A stretch of DNA of 24,490 nt from a virus (lineage: Duplodnaviria; Caudoviricetes): IMG/VR virus record IMGVR_UViG_3300025445_000021, positions 1-24,490 of that record, one strand, 5' to 3'. The translations under genes and the position numbers were made by a program. Within the stretch, counting starts at the first letter, position 1. Each line of letters begins with the position of its first letter. Shown piece by piece: positions 15,586 through 23,360 of the stretch. Below the pieces are notes generated by a model. The model was not told where the DNA came from and searched no databases. It worked only from the letters and a program-made list of their open reading frames with translations.

Positions 15586-16049
15586 TAAATAAGCTCCTTG
15601 CGATAGCAGGTGATTGTGAACTTCTCCAGCCCTGAAGCCCATTGTTTTTCATTACTAAAATCGCATCGTGCGAATACAAAGGGGATAAGTCCTTTTGTAT
15701 AGGTAAATGAGCTTGTACTTTGAAAGCGAGTAGGTAAGTTATAGCCCGCAGTTGTAGGAGCTACGATGCGAGTATAGGGCTTTTGCAAAATAACTTGCAG
15801 TAAGTATTGCACATTATCGGTATTGATTGTCCCTGAATCCCATGTACTTACCGGAACGCAGTCAAGTTCAAGCGATACTCGTATGCGGCGCTGCCCGATC
15901 TCATTGCCGCTCATGCTTACCTCATTTGATGACTCAACCGAGTAGCTCGGATGAATACCAAAGATCGGTAGTTCGACTGCAAGAGTGTTTGCCGGTTGAA
16001 AGGTTGATTCGGTTGCACCTTCTATTTTTACCCAATATCTCCAAGACAT
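15585..16049 (-). CDS. distal tail protein-like (154 aa)
   Basis: Immediately follows the tape measure gene; size and SMSG...QRRIRVSLEL strand pattern fit. Confidence 0.55.
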   Translation of the reverse strand: MSWRYWVKIEGATESTFQPANTLAVELPIFGIHPSYSVESSNEVSMSGNEIGQRRIRVSLELDCVPVSTWDSGTINTDNVQYLLQVILQKPYTRIVAPTTAGYNLPTRFQSTSSFTYTKGLIPFVFARCDFSNEKQWASGLEKFTITCYRKELI

Positions 16050-19000
16050 TTATCCTCTCCTTGCTATTCGGCGGCGATCATTATCGATCATGGCCTTGAT
16101 TGAGTTATTATCGGCTTTGAGTACGCCGCTTATTTCTACATGAGTATTACGGTTGATATGCTTACCAAGGCCGCGAGTCTCTTCGCGAAGCTTACGCACC
16201 TCTTTGATGAGGTCTCCATCTTCAGTAACTGAATAGCGTATCGCTGGTGCTTGCATAGCAAAATAGTCTTTGATGCTCATGCCAGGGTTAGCGTTCATCC
16301 ACGCGAGCTCTTCTTTGTTTGCCCTTGTGCTTGATGCAGTGATGACTGACTCGCCTCGTGATAGCCATGCCGGTATAGAGTCCGAGGTTTCAGTGCCCGG
16401 GCCTTCGAGGTCGATAACACCATCTTTGAAGCCGAGTGCGGCTTTTGCTTGACCTATTAAGAGCTGAAGCGATGCAGTCAAAAGACCCGCAGCGATCGGC
16501 CCAGCAATCGGGCCAAGTGCAGTGATGGAGCTTCCCAAGATACCGGCTACGAATGAAGGTATCATCTTGCTCACTGCATCGAATGCGACCGCAGCGGCTG
16601 CCTTGCCAAAGTCTCCGAGGGTTGCTTTACCGCTTTCAGCGAGGGCTGCAAATTGCGTAGTTAGCTGGGTCATAGCTTCGCCTGCTACTTTGCCGGTCTC
16701 GGATATATTACCAGATGCATCTGTAAACTGATCAGTTACAAACTTTGTTATTGTTACGCTTTGAGAACGCAACAAAGTTCCGATAGTCTTGTCTTGCACT
16801 TCTTTCAAGCGCTCTGCAAAGGTGATCTCGGTTTCTTGCATTGCATCTTGTCTTGCCTTTGTAACTTCGCCCATCTTCGCAGCATACTCTTCAAAGCTGA
16901 TTTCTCTCTTTGCAAGACTTGCATTAAGGTCGCTTTCTTCTTGATCCAAAGCACCCAAGCGCTCGGCTCGTATAGCATCGTTTGTCTCTTTCTCTTTACG
17001 AAGACGCTCTGTATTAAACACATCAAGGATGCTGGTCTGCAAGGCGATGCCGATTTGATATTGCACCTTGTTTTCTTCAATAGCTTTCTCGGATGCTACG
17101 TTAAAGTCATCAAGTTTCTTTTGTGTATCAGCAAGAGCTGCATCATTTGCAGCCAATATATTTTCAAGTTGTTGCTGTGCTTTTGCATCACCAAGCCCAA
17201 TAGCGACATCAAGAGCCGCTTGTATTTCAAGAGCTTGCCCTTTTACGTAGTTTTGATAGCTTGTAAAGTTAGCTTGCACTTCTGCAAGTTGCTCTTTGGT
17301 TTTTACTGGATCAACCGGTATGAGGCCGCCAAGAGATTTAGCGGTTGCATCGCTTTGAGTTTGCAAGCGCTTCAACAAGCCGTTTAGCTCTGTTTGTATT
17401 TCCTTGTCATTTTCCGCTCCAATCTTTACCTTTATATCAACGTTCAAATCCTTACCCAGCTTCTCGGTCTCACCAAGATAAAAAGAGCGTATATCTTCAA
17501 AGTCTTCTTTCTTTGCTTTGTCTGGTTTTATCTTCAGACCTATTTGCTCTTTTGAGAGCACAGTATTAAAGTCCTTTACATCTGCAAGACTTGTATTGAG
17601 ATATTCCTTAAGCTTTTGAGCGCGGACTTGTGCGAGCTCTTGCTCTTCTGCTTTACGCTCTTCAGCAGTGCCTTTGAAGTTTGCAAGGATTTCTTTGTCA
17701 TCATTGACCAAGCTCTGTGCATAGTCTGCATAGAGAGTCTTGAGCTTTTGCAAATCAGACTCGGTCTCTTTTGGAGTTTTGCCTCCGCCTCCGCCTTTGC
17801 CTCCGCCCCCGCCTTTGAGGCCTGCTTTCTTTGCTGCTTCCTCTGCTTTTCTAGCTTCCTCTGCGAGTTTGTCAGCGTTCCTATCATTTTTAATTTTATC
17901 CATTTTCTCGTTAAAGCCTTTACGATACCCCTCGGCTACTTTATCTCCAAATCCAGAGAATGCATTTATAGCACCTTGCAAGTCAAAGTTCGATAAAGCT
18001 GTAAAAAAGTCACCAATAACTTCTTTTACTACCTTGAACGCTTCGGTCACTCCACCTATTGTGCCTCTGATATTATCAAAGGCAGTGCGAAGCCAATTGA
18101 CAAAACCACCAGTCTTCTCGGTTTCTTGACCGGTTTCTTTTATAGATTTGTTATTGTCATCATTTGCACCCATCCAATCTGCTATCGCCTTAACAACGGC
18201 TGTTATTCCTCCTATAATTAGCTCGATTGGTGTGATTAAGAATTGCACAAGCAAGCCGCCAAGATCGGCTACTATACCCCCTACCTCACTCATCAAATCA
18301 GTGACCGTGCCAAGTGCATCGGTAAACATTTGCATCATATCAGAGCCTTCGTTAAGAGCCCCATCAATACCAAATGCATCTTTTAGTGCAGTTACCAAAG
18401 GTTCAAAAGCTTGAACTATTGCATCGAATGCACTTGTCCATATTTGATACAATGTATCAACAACTCCCATAGCAGCATTGATTGCAACGACTATGTTTGT
18501 AATTATTGCACCACCAATGACTGCTAATATTGGCTGCACTACAGACCATATTCTTTCAAATACACCACCAATAGTATCGCTTAACTTTTCAAATGTCGGC
18601 CCTAAAGTTTCTGTAAAAATAGGTATAACCATATTTATAACATCATATAGCCCTGATCCGATGGTCTCAAATGCCTCATTAACTGTATTGCTTAACTTAT
18701 TAAATGTACCACCTGCATCGCTTTGCTGTGCAGCTACAGTTGCAAAGGAATCACCAAGTACGGCATTAGCCGCTGCAAGTTTTTCGGTAGGATCAAGTGA
18801 GCTTTTGAGCGTCTCGGCAAGCTGTGGATATTTCTTGCTCAATGATTCAATAGCAGCCGCACCTTCTGGATCAGCAAGACCTCGTGAGAACGCTTTTACA
18901 ACTGCCTCACCTTTTACAGTTCCATCTGTGAAGGTCTCAATACCAGCTGATAGCTTTGTCAAGTCCTCTGCTTGCTTGCCCGATACGCCCCCTAACGTGG

Positions 19001-19529
19001 CCACAGTGCCCGCAAGTTCGCGAGTCCGCTCTGTTGGTAGGCCTAAATCATTTGCGAGCTGTAGAGTGGATTCCCTGACCTTGTTGATCTCGCCTTCAAC
19101 GTCTGCTATACCTTGTTGCTTAAATGCGACCTCAAGCTTATCCCCAAACTCATCGGCTCGAACCGCTCCTTCAAAGATCGCCGTGCCAAGACCTTGCACT
19201 GCACTGATTGCCGTACCGATCCCAGCGCTTGCAAGACCACCTGCAATACCTCCTACAACGCCGGATGCAAGATTGCCAGGATTAAGAGCAGTCTTAAACG
19301 TATCACTTATGCCGAGCCCTGTTTTACCTGCATCAGCTGCAAGATTATCAAGCGCACTTTTTGCACCGCTTGTATCAATATCAACCTTTTGCGCATCGAG
19401 TTGCTTGATTTCGGTCTCGGCTTTGTCCGCTGATACAGCTACTTGATTAAGCTGCGTAGTGACCTTGCTCAAATCTGTAAAGAGTTGACCTACATCAAGC
19501 CCTAACTTAATTTTAATATCATCGGCCAT
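16050..19529 (-). CDS. tail tape measure protein (1159 aa)
   Basis: Long helical Ala/Gly-rich ORF after the chaperones; IKIKLGLD N-terminus, amphipathic W/F-spaced middle region, C-terminal GFKDG...GPGTETSDSIPAWLSRGESV motif. Confidence 0.93.
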   Translation of the reverse strand: MADDIKIKLGLDVGQLFTDLSKVTTQLNQVAVSADKAETEIKQLDAQKVDIDTSGAKSALDNLAADAGKTGLGISDTFKTALNPGNLASGVVGGIAGGLASAGIGTAISAVQGLGTAIFEGAVRADEFGDKLEVAFKQQGIADVEGEINKVRESTLQLANDLGLPTERTRELAGTVATLGGVSGKQAEDLTKLSAGIETFTDGTVKGEAVVKAFSRGLADPEGAAAIESLSKKYPQLAETLKSSLDPTEKLAAANAVLGDSFATVAAQQSDAGGTFNKLSNTVNEAFETIGSGLYDVINMVIPIFTETLGPTFEKLSDTIGGVFERIWSVVQPILAVIGGAIITNIVVAINAAMGVVDTLYQIWTSAFDAIVQAFEPLVTALKDAFGIDGALNEGSDMMQMFTDALGTVTDLMSEVGGIVADLGGLLVQFLITPIELIIGGITAVVKAIADWMGANDDNNKSIKETGQETEKTGGFVNWLRTAFDNIRGTIGGVTEAFKVVKEVIGDFFTALSNFDLQGAINAFSGFGDKVAEGYRKGFNEKMDKIKNDRNADKLAEEARKAEEAAKKAGLKGGGGGKGGGGGKTPKETESDLQKLKTLYADYAQSLVNDDKEILANFKGTAEERKAEEQELAQVRAQKLKEYLNTSLADVKDFNTVLSKEQIGLKIKPDKAKKEDFEDIRSFYLGETEKLGKDLNVDIKVKIGAENDKEIQTELNGLLKRLQTQSDATAKSLGGLIPVDPVKTKEQLAEVQANFTSYQNYVKGQALEIQAALDVAIGLGDAKAQQQLENILAANDAALADTQKKLDDFNVASEKAIEENKVQYQIGIALQTSILDVFNTERLRKEKETNDAIRAERLGALDQEESDLNASLAKREISFEEYAAKMGEVTKARQDAMQETEITFAERLKEVQDKTIGTLLRSQSVTITKFVTDQFTDASGNISETGKVAGEAMTQLTTQFAALAESGKATLGDFGKAAAAVAFDAVSKMIPSFVAGILGSSITALGPIAGPIAAGLLTASLQLLIGQAKAALGFKDGVIDLEGPGTETSDSIPAWLSRGESVITASSTRANKEELAWMNANPGMSIKDYFAMQAPAIRYSVTEDGDLIKEVRKLREETRGLGKHINRNTHVEISGVLKADNNSIKAMIDNDRRRIARRG

Positions 19530-19819
19530 GTATTCTGCGCTCCATTTTACGGCGTTCTTTGTGGTATGTAATTAGATAGGCATAGGTCTTGATTACATCG
19601 ACTCGAGATGTATCATAGTAAAGTCGCAAGAAAGCGGCGGGGTCGCCGTTTGCTACGCCTTTGAAGATCCAATATTGCCCGCTCAATTCGCCTAAATAGT
19701 ACGCACTCTCGTTCTCATTCTCTTCATACTCGTCATCGTCCGGGTCATTGAATATCACAAGCTCCGACAAGTAATACTCACATAATGCGGATTCTTCGGC
19801 ATACTGTTTCACGAAAAAA
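19519..19819 (-). CDS. tail assembly chaperone GT-like extension (probably reached by frameshift)
   Basis: Overlaps the chaperone 3' end in the +1 frame and has no strong SD; lies between chaperone and tape measure genes. Confidence 0.6.
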
Positions 19820-20275
19820 CTTAAGGGCATCCAAGATGCCATCGATATCCTGACCTTGCCAGAACTCGGTATCTACTTGACTCTGGATGCCAGCCAAGAG
19901 CTCGGCATTTTGCACCTTGCTTATGTCGATGCACTCTTTGGTAAACTCGAATATCTTTGGGATGGTAGTTGCATCCACATTGATAAGCTCGAATAGATTA
20001 GCTCGCACTTTGAGATATGCGGTCTTGACAATTTCTTGAAAGGCAAACTCTTGCATAATATCTTTGAAGGCATCTTGCCCTTTTGTCAAATCTATTTTTG
20101 ATGCAAGTAGCTCGTGACTAAATACTCTCTCCATGATCTCTTGCTCTGCAGCGGCTTGCGCCCCTTTAGTCTGTGCCAATTCACTCAAAAGAGGCGTCAC
20201 TTTGTCATACAAAGCGGGTGTAAGTTTGGTATGCAAAGGCACTTCATGCGCCGTTTCATTTAGATATAATTTCAT
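19778..20275 (-). CDS. tail assembly chaperone (G-like)
   Basis: Position after the tail tube gene; helical and acidic; SD AAGGAG. Confidence 0.72.
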   Translation of the reverse strand: MKLYLNETAHEVPLHTKLTPALYDKVTPLLSELAQTKGAQAAAEQEIMERVFSHELLASKIDLTKGQDAFKDIMQEFAFQEIVKTAYLKVRANLFELINVDATTIPKIFEFTKECIDISKVQNAELLAGIQSQVDTEFWQGQDIDGILDALKFFRETVCRRIRIM

Positions 20276-20291
20276 GCTATCTCCTTATGAT

Positions 20292-20320
20292 AAAATATGG
20301 GGCGGCGGTGAAGCCGCCCC
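20292..20320 (-). terminator. terminator/attenuator after the tail tube gene
   Basis: GGGGCGGC-ttcacc-GCCGCCCC followed by ATATTTT on the minus strand. Confidence 0.65.
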
Positions 20321-20328
20321 GCTTATGA

Positions 20329-20874
20329 TTAGACTGCTGTAAACCATACTTCTTTGTATCCAATTTTAGCTGGGATACAAACCACTGACAAGCCTGTTAC
20401 AAGTGAAGAACAGAACAATGCAGTAGGCACTGTGATGTCTGATTCAGGATTAACTACATCGCCTGCTACCTTTGGCTTTGTGTACTTACCAGATTCTTGG
20501 TCAAATGCACCTGCATCTTGAGCCAATTTGCAAAGCATCAAAGTAACTTTGCGCTTACCACTTGTTACATCGGTTCCACCATACACAATCTGAAGCAATG
20601 TATCGCTTGTTGCTTGTGATGAGTTGAACTTTGTCCCGTCTTCGTATTCACCTGTGTCAGGTGTTACTGTTGTTGTCGGAGCGTAGTTTTCCAAGAATGA
20701 TGTCAAGTCTGGATTGTCTTCGTTCTGATCGATTGTGAATGTCGTGCGAGTCAATGAAGTCTTGATCTTACGGTTCATTGAGTAGACCGCACTTGAGCCG
20801 AGCTTGCCGGCTGGAGTTGTTGCGAGTTCATTAGCTGTGTAAAACACGCTAAGATTACTACCACCTACTACCAT
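20329..20874 (-). CDS. major tail (tube) protein
   Basis: Position before chaperones and tape measure gene, followed by a hairpin; Thr-rich, beta-strand character; GAGG upstream. Confidence 0.7.
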   Translation of the reverse strand: MVVGGSNLSVFYTANELATTPAGKLGSSAVYSMNRKIKTSLTRTTFTIDQNEDNPDLTSFLENYAPTTTVTPDTGEYEDGTKFNSSQATSDTLLQIVYGGTDVTSGKRKVTLMLCKLAQDAGAFDQESGKYTKPKVAGDVVNPESDITVPTALFCSSLVTGLSVVCIPAKIGYKEVWFTAV

Positions 20875-21574
20875 TTTTTACCTCGTCTGTTTTTTGTTTG
20901 TGATATGAGAATGTGTTAATTAAGTAGTTCCAATTTCGTTCTGATTTCTCTCGAGTATATTCTCGGATCATCAGTTTTGCGTTCCGTTCTGCCTTGTCTC
21001 TTAATTGTTCAGGTTCTAAATTGTAGCCAAGATGCCAAAGCAATATATCTGTATCGGCTACTGTAACATCTTCACCGTGCAAGTCTAAATGCTCATGGCA
21101 AATCGCCTTCCACTTTACGCCTTGATGATTGCGAATTATACGCAAGTTAGCACCTGCATATCTTTGCCGTACATAACCTACACGCTCATCAAGTTCCGAT
21201 CTCATGCCTACTATTGTGAGCCCTGCGGCTACTGCATCGGTCTCTTCAAGTGCTTTGATATTATCCCAGAATTGCTCATGCGTCATAGCAAGGCGTTCAT
21301 CTGAATCAATATGCACTATCCAATCACCGGTAGCATATTCATTGAGCTTATTGCGTAAGTAGCCAAAATCCCAATAGTCTTCAAAGTTTGGCACTTCCCA
21401 TGCAAGTACAACGGTATCACCAGTGCGACCTACATTGGTAAAGATCGGCTCTTTAAGCGATGGGTTGATGGATGTCTCAACGGCTACTATTTCAATGTCC
21501 TCTACGGGTAAACTCGATCTCCAATCTCGTAGACTTTCCCCTTCGGGAAAGATCACACACACACTTACCTTCAT
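20858..21574 (-). CDS. GT2-family glycosyltransferase (GT-A fold)
   Basis: MKVSVCVI, DFGYLRN...ATGDWIVHIDSDERL (DxD), RIIRN....W...CHEHL, LWHLGY, KAERNAKL. Confidence 0.88.
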   Translation of the reverse strand: MKVSVCVIFPEGESLRDWRSSLPVEDIEIVAVETSINPSLKEPIFTNVGRTGDTVVLAWEVPNFEDYWDFGYLRNKLNEYATGDWIVHIDSDERLAMTHEQFWDNIKALEETDAVAAGLTIVGMRSELDERVGYVRQRYAGANLRIIRNHQGVKWKAICHEHLDLHGEDVTVADTDILLWHLGYNLEPEQLRDKAERNAKLMIREYTREKSERNWNYLINTFSYHKQKTDEVKNGSRW

Positions 21575-22035
21575 AAATCTCCACGATAATAATTTGTCCT
21601 AAATGTCATAAAGTAAATGCCCTTTGTCTCATCATCGTTGTAGGTCACTGCTTGTGCATCTACAAAGTGAACGGGTGCAAATACTGTACGCTCATAATCA
21701 CTCTCATACGATGATGGTCTGAAGTTTAAGAGCTTGTTCTCGATTGCCTCTGCATGATCCGCAAGTGACTCGCGAAGCAAGGCTTTGCCTGCGGTCGAGT
21801 TCTTTTTGACTTGAACTCCGACAAGCAAGTAGATATCAATCGTTCCTTTGTTTGCAAAGGCGCTGTCATCTTCGAGCCCGATTACCTCGCGAGAATCAGC
21901 ACCACCAAGAATGCCGACATACGGGAACTGATAAGCATTCCACTTGTCAATCATTACTTGGTCATAGACTTTGATACCGCTCATCGTGCGAAGTTGATCC
22001 GCTATTGATTGGAGCGCCGCTGATTCTCTTGCCAT
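21571..22035 (-). CDS. tail terminator / tail completion protein
   Basis: Position after the neck gene; L.SIADQL...KVYD...FPYV.I pattern. Confidence 0.65.
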   Translation of the reverse strand: MARESAALQSIADQLRTMSGIKVYDQVMIDKWNAYQFPYVGILGGADSREVIGLEDDSAFANKGTIDIYLLVGVQVKKNSTAGKALLRESLADHAEAIENKLLNFRPSSYESDYERTVFAPVHFVDAQAVTYNDDETKGIYFMTFRTNYYRGDL

Positions 22036-22544
22036 TGTTGTATTCCTTTGATTACCGCAGTGCGTACACCGTCTTGATATTTATTGTCTTGTCTAAATCT
22101 TTGCAGTGCAGGTGCAAAGTATGGCCGGGCTGGTATGTTTACCCCTCCGACCCTGCGTACTTTGAGTGCTATATTGCGAAAATACTCTACACCGGTCTCA
22201 CGGTAGCGCGCCCAAAAGTAGCCTTCCATCTTGCCTTTGGTTTTGATAAAGCCGCCAGTCTCTTGAATGCGAGCATACGGCAAATCAGACCCATACTCAA
22301 GCTCAAAATTACCACTTGATTCCTGCACTCTGTACACATTGCCCTCACTGCCACGCGCAAATGATCTAAATAATTTACCCGTATTGATTGCAAGCTTTGT
22401 ACTTGTTGAAGGTGCTATCCTTTCTTTGAGCCCAGATCGCTCCATCTGCGTACCGATGAAGGCTTGCATGACAAAAGGGAAGCGTAAGAGCTGATCATTT
22501 ATGATCGGCCTTAAGATACCTTGCAACTGTGCTACATCAAGCAT
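22002..22544 (-). CDS. virion morphogenesis / neck protein (HK97 gp10, Mu gpG-like)
   Basis: NTGKLFRS, YGSDLPYARIQETGG, IPARPYF. Confidence 0.85.
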   Translation of the reverse strand: MLDVAQLQGILRPIINDQLLRFPFVMQAFIGTQMERSGLKERIAPSTSTKLAINTGKLFRSFARGSEGNVYRVQESSGNFELEYGSDLPYARIQETGGFIKTKGKMEGYFWARYRETGVEYFRNIALKVRRVGGVNIPARPYFAPALQRFRQDNKYQDGVRTAVIKGIQQWQENQRRSNQ

Positions 22545-22547
22545 ACA

Positions 22548-23174
22548 TCACACCGTAGGTATGACAAACTGTGCAAAGTATTTATGCCATCCAATATCGG
22601 TCTTGAGTGAATTGGACACATTTTGTCCAGCGCCTCCGGTTGATACCGAGTTGAGACCGAACCAATTACCACCTTGAGGGCTTTGCTTGTAGCATAAAGA
22701 TGCCATCTCGGCGATGCCTTGCAGGATTGTATAGGGCATTGCTGCATCGCTATACCCTGTAGTCAAGGTCGCTCTAAATTGTCCGGTTGTTTTGTCCCTG
22801 AATATGATATAGTTGGCATACGGCTCTGCATTCCAAGCGTAATTACTACCACTATATGCAGCATAGGTAGCAAACTCATTCTCACGCCATTGCAAAGCGG
22901 TGAGGGTAGTGTTTGCATTGTACGGGACAAACTTCCATGAGTGATTTGCTTCGAGCCCTCTCTGGGCTTTTGAAGCGTAAAATTGATAGTTTACCGAACC
23001 GCTGCGAAGAGGCTGACCGCAGTAGCTTTCAGCCTCATCGTAGCAGATTACTATCAGGTCATCAAACCAAGTATAAAGCGCCGTATCCTCGGAGGTCGGA
23101 TCGCCGTTAACTTCCAAATTTAGAAAGGTCATGAGAGCCGTGAACGCCCTCGGATTTGCACTTGTATATGGCAT
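22548..23174 (-). CDS. head-tail adaptor (HK97 gp6 / SPP1 gp15-like, long form)
   Basis: L.TFL.L...ED......LI.....AESYCGQ.L and TTGY....MPYTILQGIAEMASLCY. Confidence 0.8.
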   Translation of the reverse strand: MPYTSANPRAFTALMTFLNLEVNGDPTSEDTALYTWFDDLIVICYDEAESYCGQPLRSGSVNYQFYASKAQRGLEANHSWKFVPYNANTTLTALQWRENEFATYAAYSGSNYAWNAEPYANYIIFRDKTTGQFRATLTTGYSDAAMPYTILQGIAEMASLCYKQSPQGGNWFGLNSVSTGGAGQNVSNSLKTDIGWHKYFAQFVIPTV

Positions 23175-23176
23175 GA

Positions 23177-23347
23177 TTACTTACCTGTTTTTTTAGATTC
23201 AACTTTGGCAGGCGCTGGCTTTGCAGCCTCTTTTGTCTTTGCCTTGCCGTCTTTGATTAGAGCCTCGGCGACTTCAGCGGGGAGAGAAGTCTCATACCCC
23301 GCTGATACGCCATTGTACGGCTCGATTAGAATAACATCTACGAGCAT
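23177..23347 (-). CDS. small post-capsid protein (56 aa)
   Basis: Found by hand: MLVDVILIEPYNGVSAGYETSLPAEVAEALIKDGKAKTKEAAKPAPAKVESKKTGK; SD AAGGTGA; fills the gap. Confidence 0.8.
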   Translation of the reverse strand: MLVDVILIEPYNGVSAGYETSLPAEVAEALIKDGKAKTKEAAKPAPAKVESKKTGK

Positions 23348-23360
23348 TGTATCACCTTAA

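Noticed and set aside
542-15642. Longest-ORF starts in the track (898, 4244, 6725, 9621, 9972, 11659, 13825, 15642)
   Set aside because: Downstream starts fit SD position, stop-start coupling and domain boundaries better.
17781-17816. GCCTCC/GCCTTT short tandem repeat
   Set aside because: It simply encodes the KGGGGGKGGGGG linker in the tape measure protein.
9515-22004. Stop-codon reassignment
   Set aside because: Genes are intact in the standard code, and TAG (9515, 20858, 22002), TGA and TAA all end genes at coupled boundaries.
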